Both the position numbers and the translations under genes were made by a program. Shown piece by piece: positions 11,762 to 19,828 of a DNA stretch of 64,000 nucleotides. The notes under the pieces are model-generated. The model saw only the letters and a list, made by a program, of their open reading frames with translations. It was not told where the DNA came from and ran no database searches. The stretch is from an uncultured Actinomycetota bacterium. GTDB lineage: Bacteria > Actinomycetota > Actinomycetes > DATJPE01. The DNA is taken from assembly GCA_963805505.1 (NCBI GenBank), contig CAWDUP010000004.1:355738-419737 (forward strand), given 5' to 3'. Within the stretch, counting starts at the first letter, position 1, and each line of letters opens with the position of its first letter.

Positions 11762-11945
11762 GGATTCAGGGTCGAGTCAGGTGAGTAGGGCGCCGAGTGC
11801 AACCAGGAGGACCAAGAACGCCAAGGCTGCAGGCACCAGCCACCGTCGTGTCCTTGGATCCATGCAGTCGAGCGTACGCGGGCCGAGCATCCCCACCGCT
11901 GACCCAAGCGGACACCGATCGGGACAACGTCAATAGGCTGCGTCC

Positions 11946-12179
11946 ATGCCCAGTCACGAACCTCCGGAGGCGCCGCACGCAGACGCCGTCCTCCCGGTGC
12001 TGGTCGGCACTGGTTTGTGGGCAGCGGCGCTGCTGATCGGGCTCGTCATCCAGGCTGACCCTCCGTGGGTGCAGATCAGTGCAGTGGGCCTCGGCCTCGG
12101 AGTGCTCGGTTCTGTCTTCGTCCTCCGGCGCCGTGCGGCCTATCGCCGGGTGGGCAAGACGGCTTCCGGACAGGGCTGA
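11946..12179 (+). CDS. small two-TM membrane protein (DUF2530-like)
   Basis: 77 aa with two hydrophobic helices. It sits next to the DUF3027 gene, as is usual in actinobacteria. Confidence 0.65.
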   Translation: MPSHEPPEAPHADAVLPVLVGTGLWAAALLIGLVIQADPPWVQISAVGLGLGVLGSVFVLRRRAAYRRVGKTASGQG

Positions 12180-12187
12180 CGGACGGC

Positions 12188-12952
12188 TCAGGAGTGTCCG
12201 AGGTCGTCGTAGCCAAGGTCATCGACGATCGGCGCGGGCAACCCAGCCGGCTGCCTCAGCCGCCGGCTCTCGGCTGACCCCTCGGAGTGTGCGCCGCAGC
12301 CGTGGTCGAACGAGACCGCGTGGCCGTCGCTCGGTGAGTACAGGTTCGCGCAGATCCCGAAGGCCTGCCCCAGAACGCCACCGATGTGCACGAGGAAGCC
12401 GCAGCTGTCACAGGTGCCAGGTGCCTGCTCGGCCAGCGGGACGTAGGGTCCTCCGGCACCGTTCAGCCAACGATCCGCTGCCTCTTCACGACCCTCGGCC
12501 GACAAGATCCTCCGCCGCCCCAGCCCGAGGTCGCGGGCCACGAAGACCACGTCCTCATCGGGTTCCTCCTGACCCAGGGCGGACCACCCGGGAGCGAGCC
12601 GCGGGTCGTCATCGGCGGTCGGCAAGATGTCGCCGACGCCGACGTCGCCAGGCTCGAGCCGCTCCGCCCAAGGCACCCACGCCGGAGCAAGCAGCGCGTC
12701 CGGTCCAGGTAGGTGGACGACCTCGTCGATGGTCACGACTCGTCCGCGAGGCACTCGTGCGACCGTCACCGCCCAACGCCATCCGACGTAGCCGGGCAGC
12801 AGGCTCTCGAACAGATGCGTGACAACGCGCTCGGCTGCAGCATCCGCCGACAAGTGCTCTCCGACGGCCGCGTCGCCGACCAGCTCCACCGCAGCCGCCC
12901 GCGCCTGGTCTACTACCGCGGCCCCGGCCGCATCGAGGGTCAGCGTTGCCAC
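12188..12952 (-). CDS. DUF3027 domain protein
   Basis: C-terminal Cys/His block CDSCGFLVHIGG...FGICANLYSPSDGHAVSFDHGCGAHSE. It lies immediately downstream of a csp gene. Confidence 0.8.
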   Translation of the reverse strand: MATLTLDAAGAAVVDQARAAAVELVGDAAVGEHLSADAAAERVVTHLFESLLPGYVGWRWAVTVARVPRGRVVTIDEVVHLPGPDALLAPAWVPWAERLEPGDVGVGDILPTADDDPRLAPGWSALGQEEPDEDVVFVARDLGLGRRRILSAEGREEAADRWLNGAGGPYVPLAEQAPGTCDSCGFLVHIGGVLGQAFGICANLYSPSDGHAVSFDHGCGAHSEGSAESRRLRQPAGLPAPIVDDLGYDDLGHS

Positions 12953-12956
12953 GCGA

Positions 12957-13334
12957 TCATCCGTCCATCTGGTCGGCGACGGCGCGCAACATCTTCGAGA
13001 CCTTGGTCGTGTCAGCTGGGTATCGTCCGCGTCGCAGTCCGTTGCCGACGCCGTCGAGCACCTTGATCAGATCCTCCACGATCACGGCCATGTCCTCAGC
13101 CGGACGGCGCTTGGCCTTCGCGACGGACGGGATCGGGTCGAGCAGCCGTACGGACAGCGCTTGCTCTCCCTTCTTGCCCTCTGCCACCCCGAACTCGACG
13201 CGTGCGCCGGTCGGCAGCGCCTCTAGCCCGTCGGGCAGGGCAGAGGCGTGGACGAACACATCACCGCCGTCATCACGGGAAAGGAAGCCGAAGCCCTTCT
13301 CGGTGTCGAAGAACTTGACCTGGCCGGTGGGCAC
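12957..13334 (-). CDS. cold-shock domain protein with C-terminal extension (125 aa)
   Basis: GQVKFFDTEKGFGFLSRDDGGDVFVH contains the RNP1/RNP2 motifs. Confidence 0.9.
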   Translation of the reverse strand: MPTGQVKFFDTEKGFGFLSRDDGGDVFVHASALPDGLEALPTGARVEFGVAEGKKGEQALSVRLLDPIPSVAKAKRRPAEDMAVIVEDLIKVLDGVGNGLRRGRYPADTTKVSKMLRAVADQMDG

Positions 13335-13454
13335 GAGAATCTCCTGGAGCGGTGCGGTGAAGGTGGTTGCATCGACCCCGGGCGGTCTCGCCGGAGCGCT
13401 GCACGATGACTGGGACCACCTAGCGTAGCCGGGTCATGGCCCGCGACGCGTCGT

Positions 13455-14690
13455 TCATTTGTCCGGCGCCGCCTCCACCAGGTCGACGCTCACGTCGTGC
13501 CCGGCGCAAACGGTCGCCGGTTTGTCCCACGTCACCAAGTCCCACAGGCGCGACGCCTCCCGGATCTGTGCCTTCGTCAAACCGGCATCGCGCAGCGGGG
13601 ACAGAGCTCCCAGCTGGTCGGCGCTGCGGATGGCCGCCCCACGTCGCTCGTGATCAGCATCGTCGGCCTGGATGCCGGTGACGATGTGTCGAACGGCCAG
13701 GCGGTCAGCCACCGGGCGCAGCACCTCGAGGAGCTCCGCCTTGCAGAAATAGCAGCGGCCCGGCTCGCCGGTGACGTCCGGCGTTCCAGTCGTCTCGAAC
13801 GATCGCGGGGCGAGGTGGCGTACGCCGAGATCGTGAGCGATGTCCCGAGCCAGCTCAAGCTCTCCTGGGGCCATCGACTCCGACACCACGGTGGCTGCGA
13901 CCACGTGCATCGGTCCTAGCGCTCGTACGGCGGCCGCCAGCACGAAAGCCGAATCGGCACCCCCACTGAACGCCACTACCGCCGAGTCGAGCGCTGCGAA
14001 CTCCAGCTCCAGCGCCTCCAGCCGGCTGCGGAGCAGGTGCTGGTCCAGCCAGCCCGGGAATTCCAGCAAGGAGTCGAGCACGACATCGGCGCCGGCGTCC
14101 GTCAGCTCGGCGCTGGTCGTTGCTCCGGTGGTGACCCCGACCGCGTGTGCGCCCGCCTGCCTGGCAGCAGCCACGTCCGCCGAATGATCGCCGACATAGA
14201 TCCCCGCCCGGTGGTCGTTCAGGGCGGAAACCTTGCCCTCGGCCCAGCGCCAGCCCTCCAGCACATCCACCCCCAGACCAAGGTGGTCGAGGTGCAGGGC
14301 GGCGTTCGGGCCGTACTTGGCGGTGACGACCAGGGTGCTCCCCCCAGCCGCCCGGACCGCAGCCAGCGCTTCCCCTGCACCCGCCAAGGCGGGCGTCGCC
14401 TCGATAGCCAGACCCGGGTAGAGCTCCCTGAACCGATCCGCCATTGCTGGCACCAGCTCCGGCGCGAACCAGTTGGCCAGCTCGGTGTTCAAGGGCGGAC
14501 CAAGCCGGGTCAGCACGAGCGGGACATCGATGTGTGTCCCCGTCTCGGCGGCGAGCGCTTCCAGGACCGCTCCGATCCCCGGTCTGGAGTCGATCAGGGT
14601 CATGTCCAGGTCGAAACCGACGACCAACGGGGTGGAGGGCACGGGAATGAGAGTACTGACGCGAGCGGGTAACGTCGTTCGGATGACCAC
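13455..14690 (-). CDS. fusion protein: HAD-family phosphatase domain + PP-loop ATPase (LarE/TIGR00268-like)
   Basis: N-terminal HAD motifs (VGFDLDMTLIDS, VVTAK, YVGDHSADV). C-terminal PP-loop AFSGGADSAFV, CYFCK, and LTKAQIRE...WDKPATVC. GTG at 14690 is the nearest in-frame start upstream of the DxD motif. Confidence 0.72.
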   Translation of the reverse strand: MVIRTTLPARVSTLIPVPSTPLVVGFDLDMTLIDSRPGIGAVLEALAAETGTHIDVPLVLTRLGPPLNTELANWFAPELVPAMADRFRELYPGLAIEATPALAGAGEALAAVRAAGGSTLVVTAKYGPNAALHLDHLGLGVDVLEGWRWAEGKVSALNDHRAGIYVGDHSADVAAARQAGAHAVGVTTGATTSAELTDAGADVVLDSLLEFPGWLDQHLLRSRLEALELEFAALDSAVVAFSGGADSAFVLAAAVRALGPMHVVAATVVSESMAPGELELARDIAHDLGVRHLAPRSFETTGTPDVTGEPGRCYFCKAELLEVLRPVADRLAVRHIVTGIQADDADHERRGAAIRSADQLGALSPLRDAGLTKAQIREASRLWDLVTWDKPATVCAGHDVSVDLVEAAPDK

Positions 14691-17043
14691 GGTCCAGCCC
14701 TCGCGCAGTCTGGCCGACGCGCTGCGTGCGTGGACCGACGAGCAGTTCGTCAGCCTGCTGCGCGCCAGGCCCGACCTGGTCGCACCAGTTCCGCACGACA
14801 TGGCCTCGCTGGCTGCTCGCGCCAGTTCGATCCCGTCCGTGTCCCGGGCCCTGGACCAGTTCGATCAGTTCGATCTCGACGTCCTGGAGGCGGCAGCCGT
14901 ACTCCAGGAGCAGATCGACATCGAATCGCTGTCTGCAGCGCTCCCAGGAGTCGAGCAGGCTGCACTCGAAGAGGCGCTCGCGCGGATGCGGGGTCTGGCT
15001 GTGCTGTACGGCCCCGAGGGCGACGAACGGCTGGTGCGCGGCGCCATCGACGCGCTTGGTCCGACCATCAGCGGACTAGGTCCGGCCATGGCGGCCTCGC
15101 ACGCCGAGGTGTCAGCGCTGGCCTCGGATCCTGCGAAGCTCCGGGACACCCTCGCTGAGGGGCCGGAAGGCGCAACGGCCGCTCTGGATCAGCTGGTCTG
15201 GGGGCCACCGCACGGTCGTCTGGACAATGCGCGGCGCCTGGTCAAGGACCCGGCGCAAGCGAAGACTCCCGTGGAGTGGCTGCTGGCCCACTCGTTCCTG
15301 GTTGCTGTCGGCCCAGACACCGTCGTCCTGCCCCGCGAGGTGGCCCTGGTGCTGCGCAACGGCGTGGTCCGCCGCGATGCCTCACCACGGCCGCCGACCC
15401 TGACCGGTGAACCGCGCGAGCACGTCGAGGCCTCAGCGGCCGGACAGGCCTTTGGCGCTGTTCGCCTGGTCGAGACCCTTCTGGAGGCCTGGGGGCTGGA
15501 CTCACCCCCCGTGCTGCGCGCCGGCGGCCTGGGAGTCCGTGAGCTGAAACGCGCGGCTGGGCTGCTCGACGTGGATGAGACGACCGCGGCCAGCGTCATC
15601 GAGGTCGCGCACGCGGCTGGGCTCCTCGCAGCAGACGGAGAGCTCGATGAGGCCTTCGCGCCCACCCCCGGCTACGACCTGTGGCTGGCCCAAGAGACCG
15701 CCGATCGCTGGAGCCAGCTGGCCGCAGCGTGGCTGGCGTCACCGCGCGCCGCTGGGCTGGTCGGGAGCCGCGACACCCGCGACAAGACTCGCGCGGCCCT
15801 CGGCCCAGACCTCGAGCGGCCCGCCGCCCCCGATCTGCGTGCAGCGGTCCTGACGTTGCTGGCTGACCTTCCCGAAGGCCACGCACCAGGCCCCGGCGAG
15901 CTGAAGAAGCGAATGGACTGGAGCCATCCGCGGCGCGGCGGCCCAGCCCGCCATGACCTCATCGACTGGACTCTGGCCGAGGCGGAGCTGTTGGGCATCA
16001 CCGGGCGGGGCGCCCTCTCCCGCCCCGGTCGCGTCCTCCTCACGAAGGGGGCCGACGAGGCCGCTGACGTGTTGGCACCCCTGCTCCCGACGCCGCTCGA
16101 CCACGTGCTGATCCAGGCCGACCTGACCGCGGTGGCACCCGGACCACTGGAGTCGGCGCTGGCAGGGGAGCTGGCCTTGGTCGCCGATGTCGAGTCGACA
16201 GGCGGGGCGACGGTCTTTCGCTTCACCCCCGAATCGGTGCGACGCGCACTGGACGCCGGGCGCAGCGCCGCCGATCTCCATGCGATGCTCGCTGCGCGGT
16301 CCAGGACTCCCGTGCCGCAGCCGCTGACCTATCTGATCGATGACGTCGCGCGACGGCACGGCCGGATTCGAGTCGGCGTGGCATCGTCCTACATCCGTTG
16401 TGACGACGTGGCCCTGCTCGACGAGATGCTCGCGGATCGTCGTTCGTCCACGCTCCGCATGCGACGACTGGCGCCGACTGTGGTGGCCGCTCAGGCGCCA
16501 CCCGACCAGGTGCTTGCCGGGCTGCGCTCGATGGGCCTGGCGCCGGCGGCAGAGGCACCCGACGGGACCGTCGTCGTGCGTCGCCCGGACAGTCGGCGTA
16601 CGCCTCCACGGCAGCGGCCCCCCCGGCTGGCCGTGCGGCAGGCCTTGCCGGGCGAGAAGCTGCTGACAGCAGCCGTACGCGCGATCCGAGCGGGCGAGCG
16701 GGCCTCCACCGCTCCTCGTGGACGCACCGTGGGGTCGCCGCTCGGTGGCGTGCTCCCGAGCAGAACGACGGCAGAGACGCTGTCCCTTCTCGGATCTGCC
16801 GTTGCGGCCGAGCGCCCGCTGTGGATCGGCTACGTCGATCCGCACGGAGGCGTGACCGAGCGCGTCGTCGATCCGCTTCGGCTGGCCGGCGGCTATCTCA
16901 CGGCTTTCGACCACCGCAAGCAGGAGGTCCACACCTTCGCGGTTCACCGAATCAGCGGGGTGGCCGAACTCACCGAGGACGACGCCGTCGCCGGTTCAGG
17001 AGACAATGGACGACCTGCATCCAGCCCGGAAGGCGTCGCGTGA
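14683..17043 (+). CDS. helicase-associated (Helicase_C_3-type) protein, partner of XPB
   Basis: ~786 aa Ala/Leu-rich protein. C-terminal WYL-like block PLWIGYVDPHGGVTERVVDPLRL...HTFAVHRI. Its stop overlaps the XPB start (GTGA at 17040-17043). Confidence 0.72.
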   Translation: MTTVQPSRSLADALRAWTDEQFVSLLRARPDLVAPVPHDMASLAARASSIPSVSRALDQFDQFDLDVLEAAAVLQEQIDIESLSAALPGVEQAALEEALARMRGLAVLYGPEGDERLVRGAIDALGPTISGLGPAMAASHAEVSALASDPAKLRDTLAEGPEGATAALDQLVWGPPHGRLDNARRLVKDPAQAKTPVEWLLAHSFLVAVGPDTVVLPREVALVLRNGVVRRDASPRPPTLTGEPREHVEASAAGQAFGAVRLVETLLEAWGLDSPPVLRAGGLGVRELKRAAGLLDVDETTAASVIEVAHAAGLLAADGELDEAFAPTPGYDLWLAQETADRWSQLAAAWLASPRAAGLVGSRDTRDKTRAALGPDLERPAAPDLRAAVLTLLADLPEGHAPGPGELKKRMDWSHPRRGGPARHDLIDWTLAEAELLGITGRGALSRPGRVLLTKGADEAADVLAPLLPTPLDHVLIQADLTAVAPGPLESALAGELALVADVESTGGATVFRFTPESVRRALDAGRSAADLHAMLAARSRTPVPQPLTYLIDDVARRHGRIRVGVASSYIRCDDVALLDEMLADRRSSTLRMRRLAPTVVAAQAPPDQVLAGLRSMGLAPAAEAPDGTVVVRRPDSRRTPPRQRPPRLAVRQALPGEKLLTAAVRAIRAGERASTAPRGRTVGSPLGGVLPSRTTAETLSLLGSAVAAERPLWIGYVDPHGGVTERVVDPLRLAGGYLTAFDHRKQEVHTFAVHRISGVAELTEDDAVAGSGDNGRPASSPEGVA

Positions 17044-18692
17044 CCGACGGACCCCTGATCGTCCAGTCCGACAAGACCTTGCTGCTCGAGATCGACCACG
17101 AGCAGGCGGCGGCCTGCCGACGCGCGATCGCACCCTTCGCCGAGCTCGAACGCTCCCCCGAGCATGTCCACACCTACCGGATCACTCCGCTCGGTCTCTG
17201 GAACGCCCGAGCGGCCGGACACGACGCCGAGCAGGTCGTCAACGCCCTGCTGACGTTCAGCCGCTACGCCGTCCCCCACGCGCTGCTCGTGGACGTCGCC
17301 GAGACCATGGCTCGCTACGGCCGGCTGAGGCTGCTCAAGCACCCCGTCCACGGCCTGGTGCTGGAAGCCACTGACCGGCCGGTGCTGGAGGAGGTCATCC
17401 GTTCGGCGAAGATGCGGCCTCTGCTCGGCGAACGTATCGACCCCGACACCGTGGTCGTTCATCCGAGCGAGCGAGGGACCGTCAAGCAGGTCCTGCTCAA
17501 ACTGGGCTGGCCGGCCGAGGACCTGGCCGGCTACGTCGACGGTGAGGCGCACCCGATCGACCTGGTCGAGGACGACTGGACCCTTCGCGCCTACCAGCAC
17601 GAAGCCGTCGAGGGCTTCTGGCACGGCGGGTCCGGGGTCGTGGTCTTGCCGTGCGGCGCAGGGAAGACTCTGGTCGGGGCCGCCGCGATGGCTCGGGCCG
17701 GGGCCACCACCTTGATCCTGGTGACCAACACCGTGTCGGCCAGGCAGTGGAAGCACGAGCTGATCAAGCGCACCAGTCTCACCGAGGACGAGATCGGCGA
17801 ATACTCGGGCTCTCGCAAGGAGATCCGTCCGGTCACCATCGCGACCTACCAGATCATGACCACCCGCCGAAAGGGCGTCTACGCCCACCTCGAGCTCTTC
17901 GACGAGCGCGACTGGGGGCTGATCATCTATGACGAGGTGCACCTGCTTCCGGCTCCGATCTTCCGGTTCACGGCCGACATCCAGTCCCGCAGGAGGTTGG
18001 GGCTCACCGCCACGCTGGTCCGCGAGGACGGGCGCGAGGGCGATGTGTTCTCCCTCATCGGGCCCAAGCGCTACGACGCGCCCTGGAAAGACATCGAGGC
18101 GCAGGGCTGGATCGCACCCGCCGACTGCGTCGAGGTTCGGGTGACTCTCACCGACCACGAGCGGCTGGCCTATGCCACCGCCGAGCCGGAGGAGCGGTAC
18201 CGGCTGTGCGCCACTGCACGGTCGAAGACTGCCACCGTCGAGGCGCTCGTGAAGCGCCATGAAGGCGAGCGCGTGCTCGTCATCGGGCAATACCTCGACC
18301 AGCTCGACGACCTTGGCGAACGCCTGGACGCCCCCGTACTCAAGGGGGAGACCACGGTGAAGGAGCGAGAACGTCTCTTCGAGGCGTTCCGCACCGGCGA
18401 GATCCCGACGTTGGTGGTGAGCAAGGTGGCCAACTTCTCGATCGACCTTCCCGAGGCGGCGGTGGCCATCCAGGTGTCCGGCACGTTCGGGTCTCGTCAG
18501 GAGGAGGCGCAGCGACTCGGCCGGGTGCTTCGGCCCAAGGCCGACGGCCGTACCGCCCGGTTCTACACCGTCGTCTCCCGCGATACCCAGGACCAGGACT
18601 ACGCGGCGCACCGACAGCGCTTCCTCGCCGAGCAGGGCTACGCCTACCGCATCGTCGACGCCCACGAGCTCGACACCCTCGACGCCGACTGA
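17040..18692 (+). CDS. XPB/ERCC3-type DNA helicase
   Basis: SF2 motifs: VVLPCGAGKT (I), IYDEVH (II), GLTAT (III), and the C-terminal helicase domain FGSRQEEAQRLGRVLR. Confidence 0.9.
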   Translation: MTDGPLIVQSDKTLLLEIDHEQAAACRRAIAPFAELERSPEHVHTYRITPLGLWNARAAGHDAEQVVNALLTFSRYAVPHALLVDVAETMARYGRLRLLKHPVHGLVLEATDRPVLEEVIRSAKMRPLLGERIDPDTVVVHPSERGTVKQVLLKLGWPAEDLAGYVDGEAHPIDLVEDDWTLRAYQHEAVEGFWHGGSGVVVLPCGAGKTLVGAAAMARAGATTLILVTNTVSARQWKHELIKRTSLTEDEIGEYSGSRKEIRPVTIATYQIMTTRRKGVYAHLELFDERDWGLIIYDEVHLLPAPIFRFTADIQSRRRLGLTATLVREDGREGDVFSLIGPKRYDAPWKDIEAQGWIAPADCVEVRVTLTDHERLAYATAEPEERYRLCATARSKTATVEALVKRHEGERVLVIGQYLDQLDDLGERLDAPVLKGETTVKERERLFEAFRTGEIPTLVVSKVANFSIDLPEAAVAIQVSGTFGSRQEEAQRLGRVLRPKADGRTARFYTVVSRDTQDQDYAAHRQRFLAEQGYAYRIVDAHELDTLDAD

Positions 18693-18708
18693 CCTCCCCC
18701 CCACCCCC

Positions 18709-18813
18709 GCTTCACCCAGCGGGGCGCCCTTGTGGGAGCCGGCGATGCCCCCGATGTCCGCTTTTGGGGGGTATTTCGGTGGGTGAAGGAGGACGCTCCG
18801 GTGGGTGAAGCGC
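18709..18813. repeat. dispersed inverted-repeat element, copy 1
   Basis: GCTTCACCCAGCGGGGCGCCC at the left end and the reverse complement of GCGCTTCACCCACCGGAGCGTCC at the right end. It is preceded by a C-rich tract, and an extra internal TGGGTGAAGG lies at 18780-18789. Homologous to 38583-38676. Confidence 0.5.
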
Positions 18814-18850
18814 AGATGTGGCCGGGGTTGGTGATGGTAGACCGGAGGAC

Positions 18851-19486
18851 ATGCAGCCCCACCAGCTCGCCCCGGCGTGGATCGAGGTCTGCCGAGTCGT
18901 CGTGGCGCGCGACGACGTCGCCGGTGCGGGAGCGCGGCTCTTGGAGGCCTACGCGCAGCCGAGCCGCAGCTATCACGACCTGCGCCACCTGATGGAGGTG
19001 CTCACTCACATCGATGCCCTCGAGGGGGTGGCCCCGGATCCGGCTGCCGTCCGGCTGGCGGCGTGGTTCCACGACGCGGTCTACGACCCCGAGCGGGCTG
19101 ACAATGAGGACCGCAGCGCCGACCTCGCGATCCGTGAGCTGTCCGGCCTGCAGGTTGCGGCAGGGGTCGTGGAGGACGTGGCCCGCCTCGTCCGGCTCAC
19201 CGCGCACCACGACCCGCACCCGGACGACCGAGACGGGGCTGTCTTGTGCGACGCAGATCTGGCCGTGCTCGGACGTGACCCCGAGGGCTACGCCTCCTAC
19301 GCCGCGGCGGTGCGCCAGGAGTACGCCTTCGTCGACGACGCGGCCTTCCGAAGCGGCCGCACGGCGGTCCTGCAAGGCCTGTTGGACCGGCCCACCATCT
19401 ATCGAACAGCCGAAGGCCTGGCCCGATGGGAGAGCGCCGCGCGCCGCAACCTCACCAACGAGCTAACCCGTCTCGCGTCGCGGTGA
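18851..19486 (+). CDS. HD-domain metal-dependent phosphohydrolase (COG4339-like)
   Basis: SYHDLRHLMEVL and AAWFHDAVYDP motifs. ATG at 18851 follows GGAGGA. Confidence 0.7.
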   Translation: MQPHQLAPAWIEVCRVVVARDDVAGAGARLLEAYAQPSRSYHDLRHLMEVLTHIDALEGVAPDPAAVRLAAWFHDAVYDPERADNEDRSADLAIRELSGLQVAAGVVEDVARLVRLTAHHDPHPDDRDGAVLCDADLAVLGRDPEGYASYAAAVRQEYAFVDDAAFRSGRTAVLQGLLDRPTIYRTAEGLARWESAARRNLTNELTRLASR

Positions 19487-19765
19487 GGGCGGTGGCCGGT
19501 GCTTGGGACGGCGCAGTCCGGCCGCCGTGATGCGTCGGACGAGATCCTTGCTGGACACCTCGACGGCTCCGGCGGCAACCACGGCATCCCGGTGGGAACC
19601 GGGCACGTCGTAGTGATCTCGATCGAAGCCCCGCTCGGGGATGCCGACCCGGGCCGCGAAGGCGTGCAGCTCCTCGAACGACTCGTCGCTGACCAGGTGG
19701 CACCACATCCGCCCACGCCCTGCCCAGGTCGCCGCGTCAACCAGAATCGTCACGTCATCAGACAT
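19463..19765 (-). CDS. DUF4031 domain protein
   Basis: 100 aa with WCHLVSD...ELHAFAARVGIPERGFDRDHYDVP. Confidence 0.75.
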   Translation of the reverse strand: MSDDVTILVDAATWAGRGRMWCHLVSDESFEELHAFAARVGIPERGFDRDHYDVPGSHRDAVVAAGAVEVSSKDLVRRITAAGLRRPKHRPPPSPRRETG

Positions 19766-19828
19766 TAGGCGCTGCTAGCCTCACCCGGCTCCCACCCGTC
19801 GCGAACGCTGATCGGAGGCCGCTGCGCC

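Noticed and set aside
16944-18704. 586-aa minus-strand ORF. The same applies to 8136-9494(-), 15739-16947(-), 24414-26267(+), 29549-30907(-), 32795-34126(+), 44148-45341(-) and 52576-53649(-).
   Set aside because: Each lies antisense to a gene with clear family motifs (XPB, serC, helicase partner, oxidoreductase, SBP, PotA, gpgS, APH). All are Arg/Gly/Pro-rich with no recognisable domains.
18693-18708. C-rich tract as part of a 6C small RNA
   Set aside because: The characteristic pair of hairpins with C-rich loops could not be drawn. The tract is better explained as the leader of the dispersed repeat element.
19766-19828. Rifamycin-associated element (RAE) upstream of helD, which would mark a HelR resistance gene
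   Set aside because: No ~19-bp GC-rich palindrome is visible in the 63-nt upstream region. I treat this as the housekeeping HelD.
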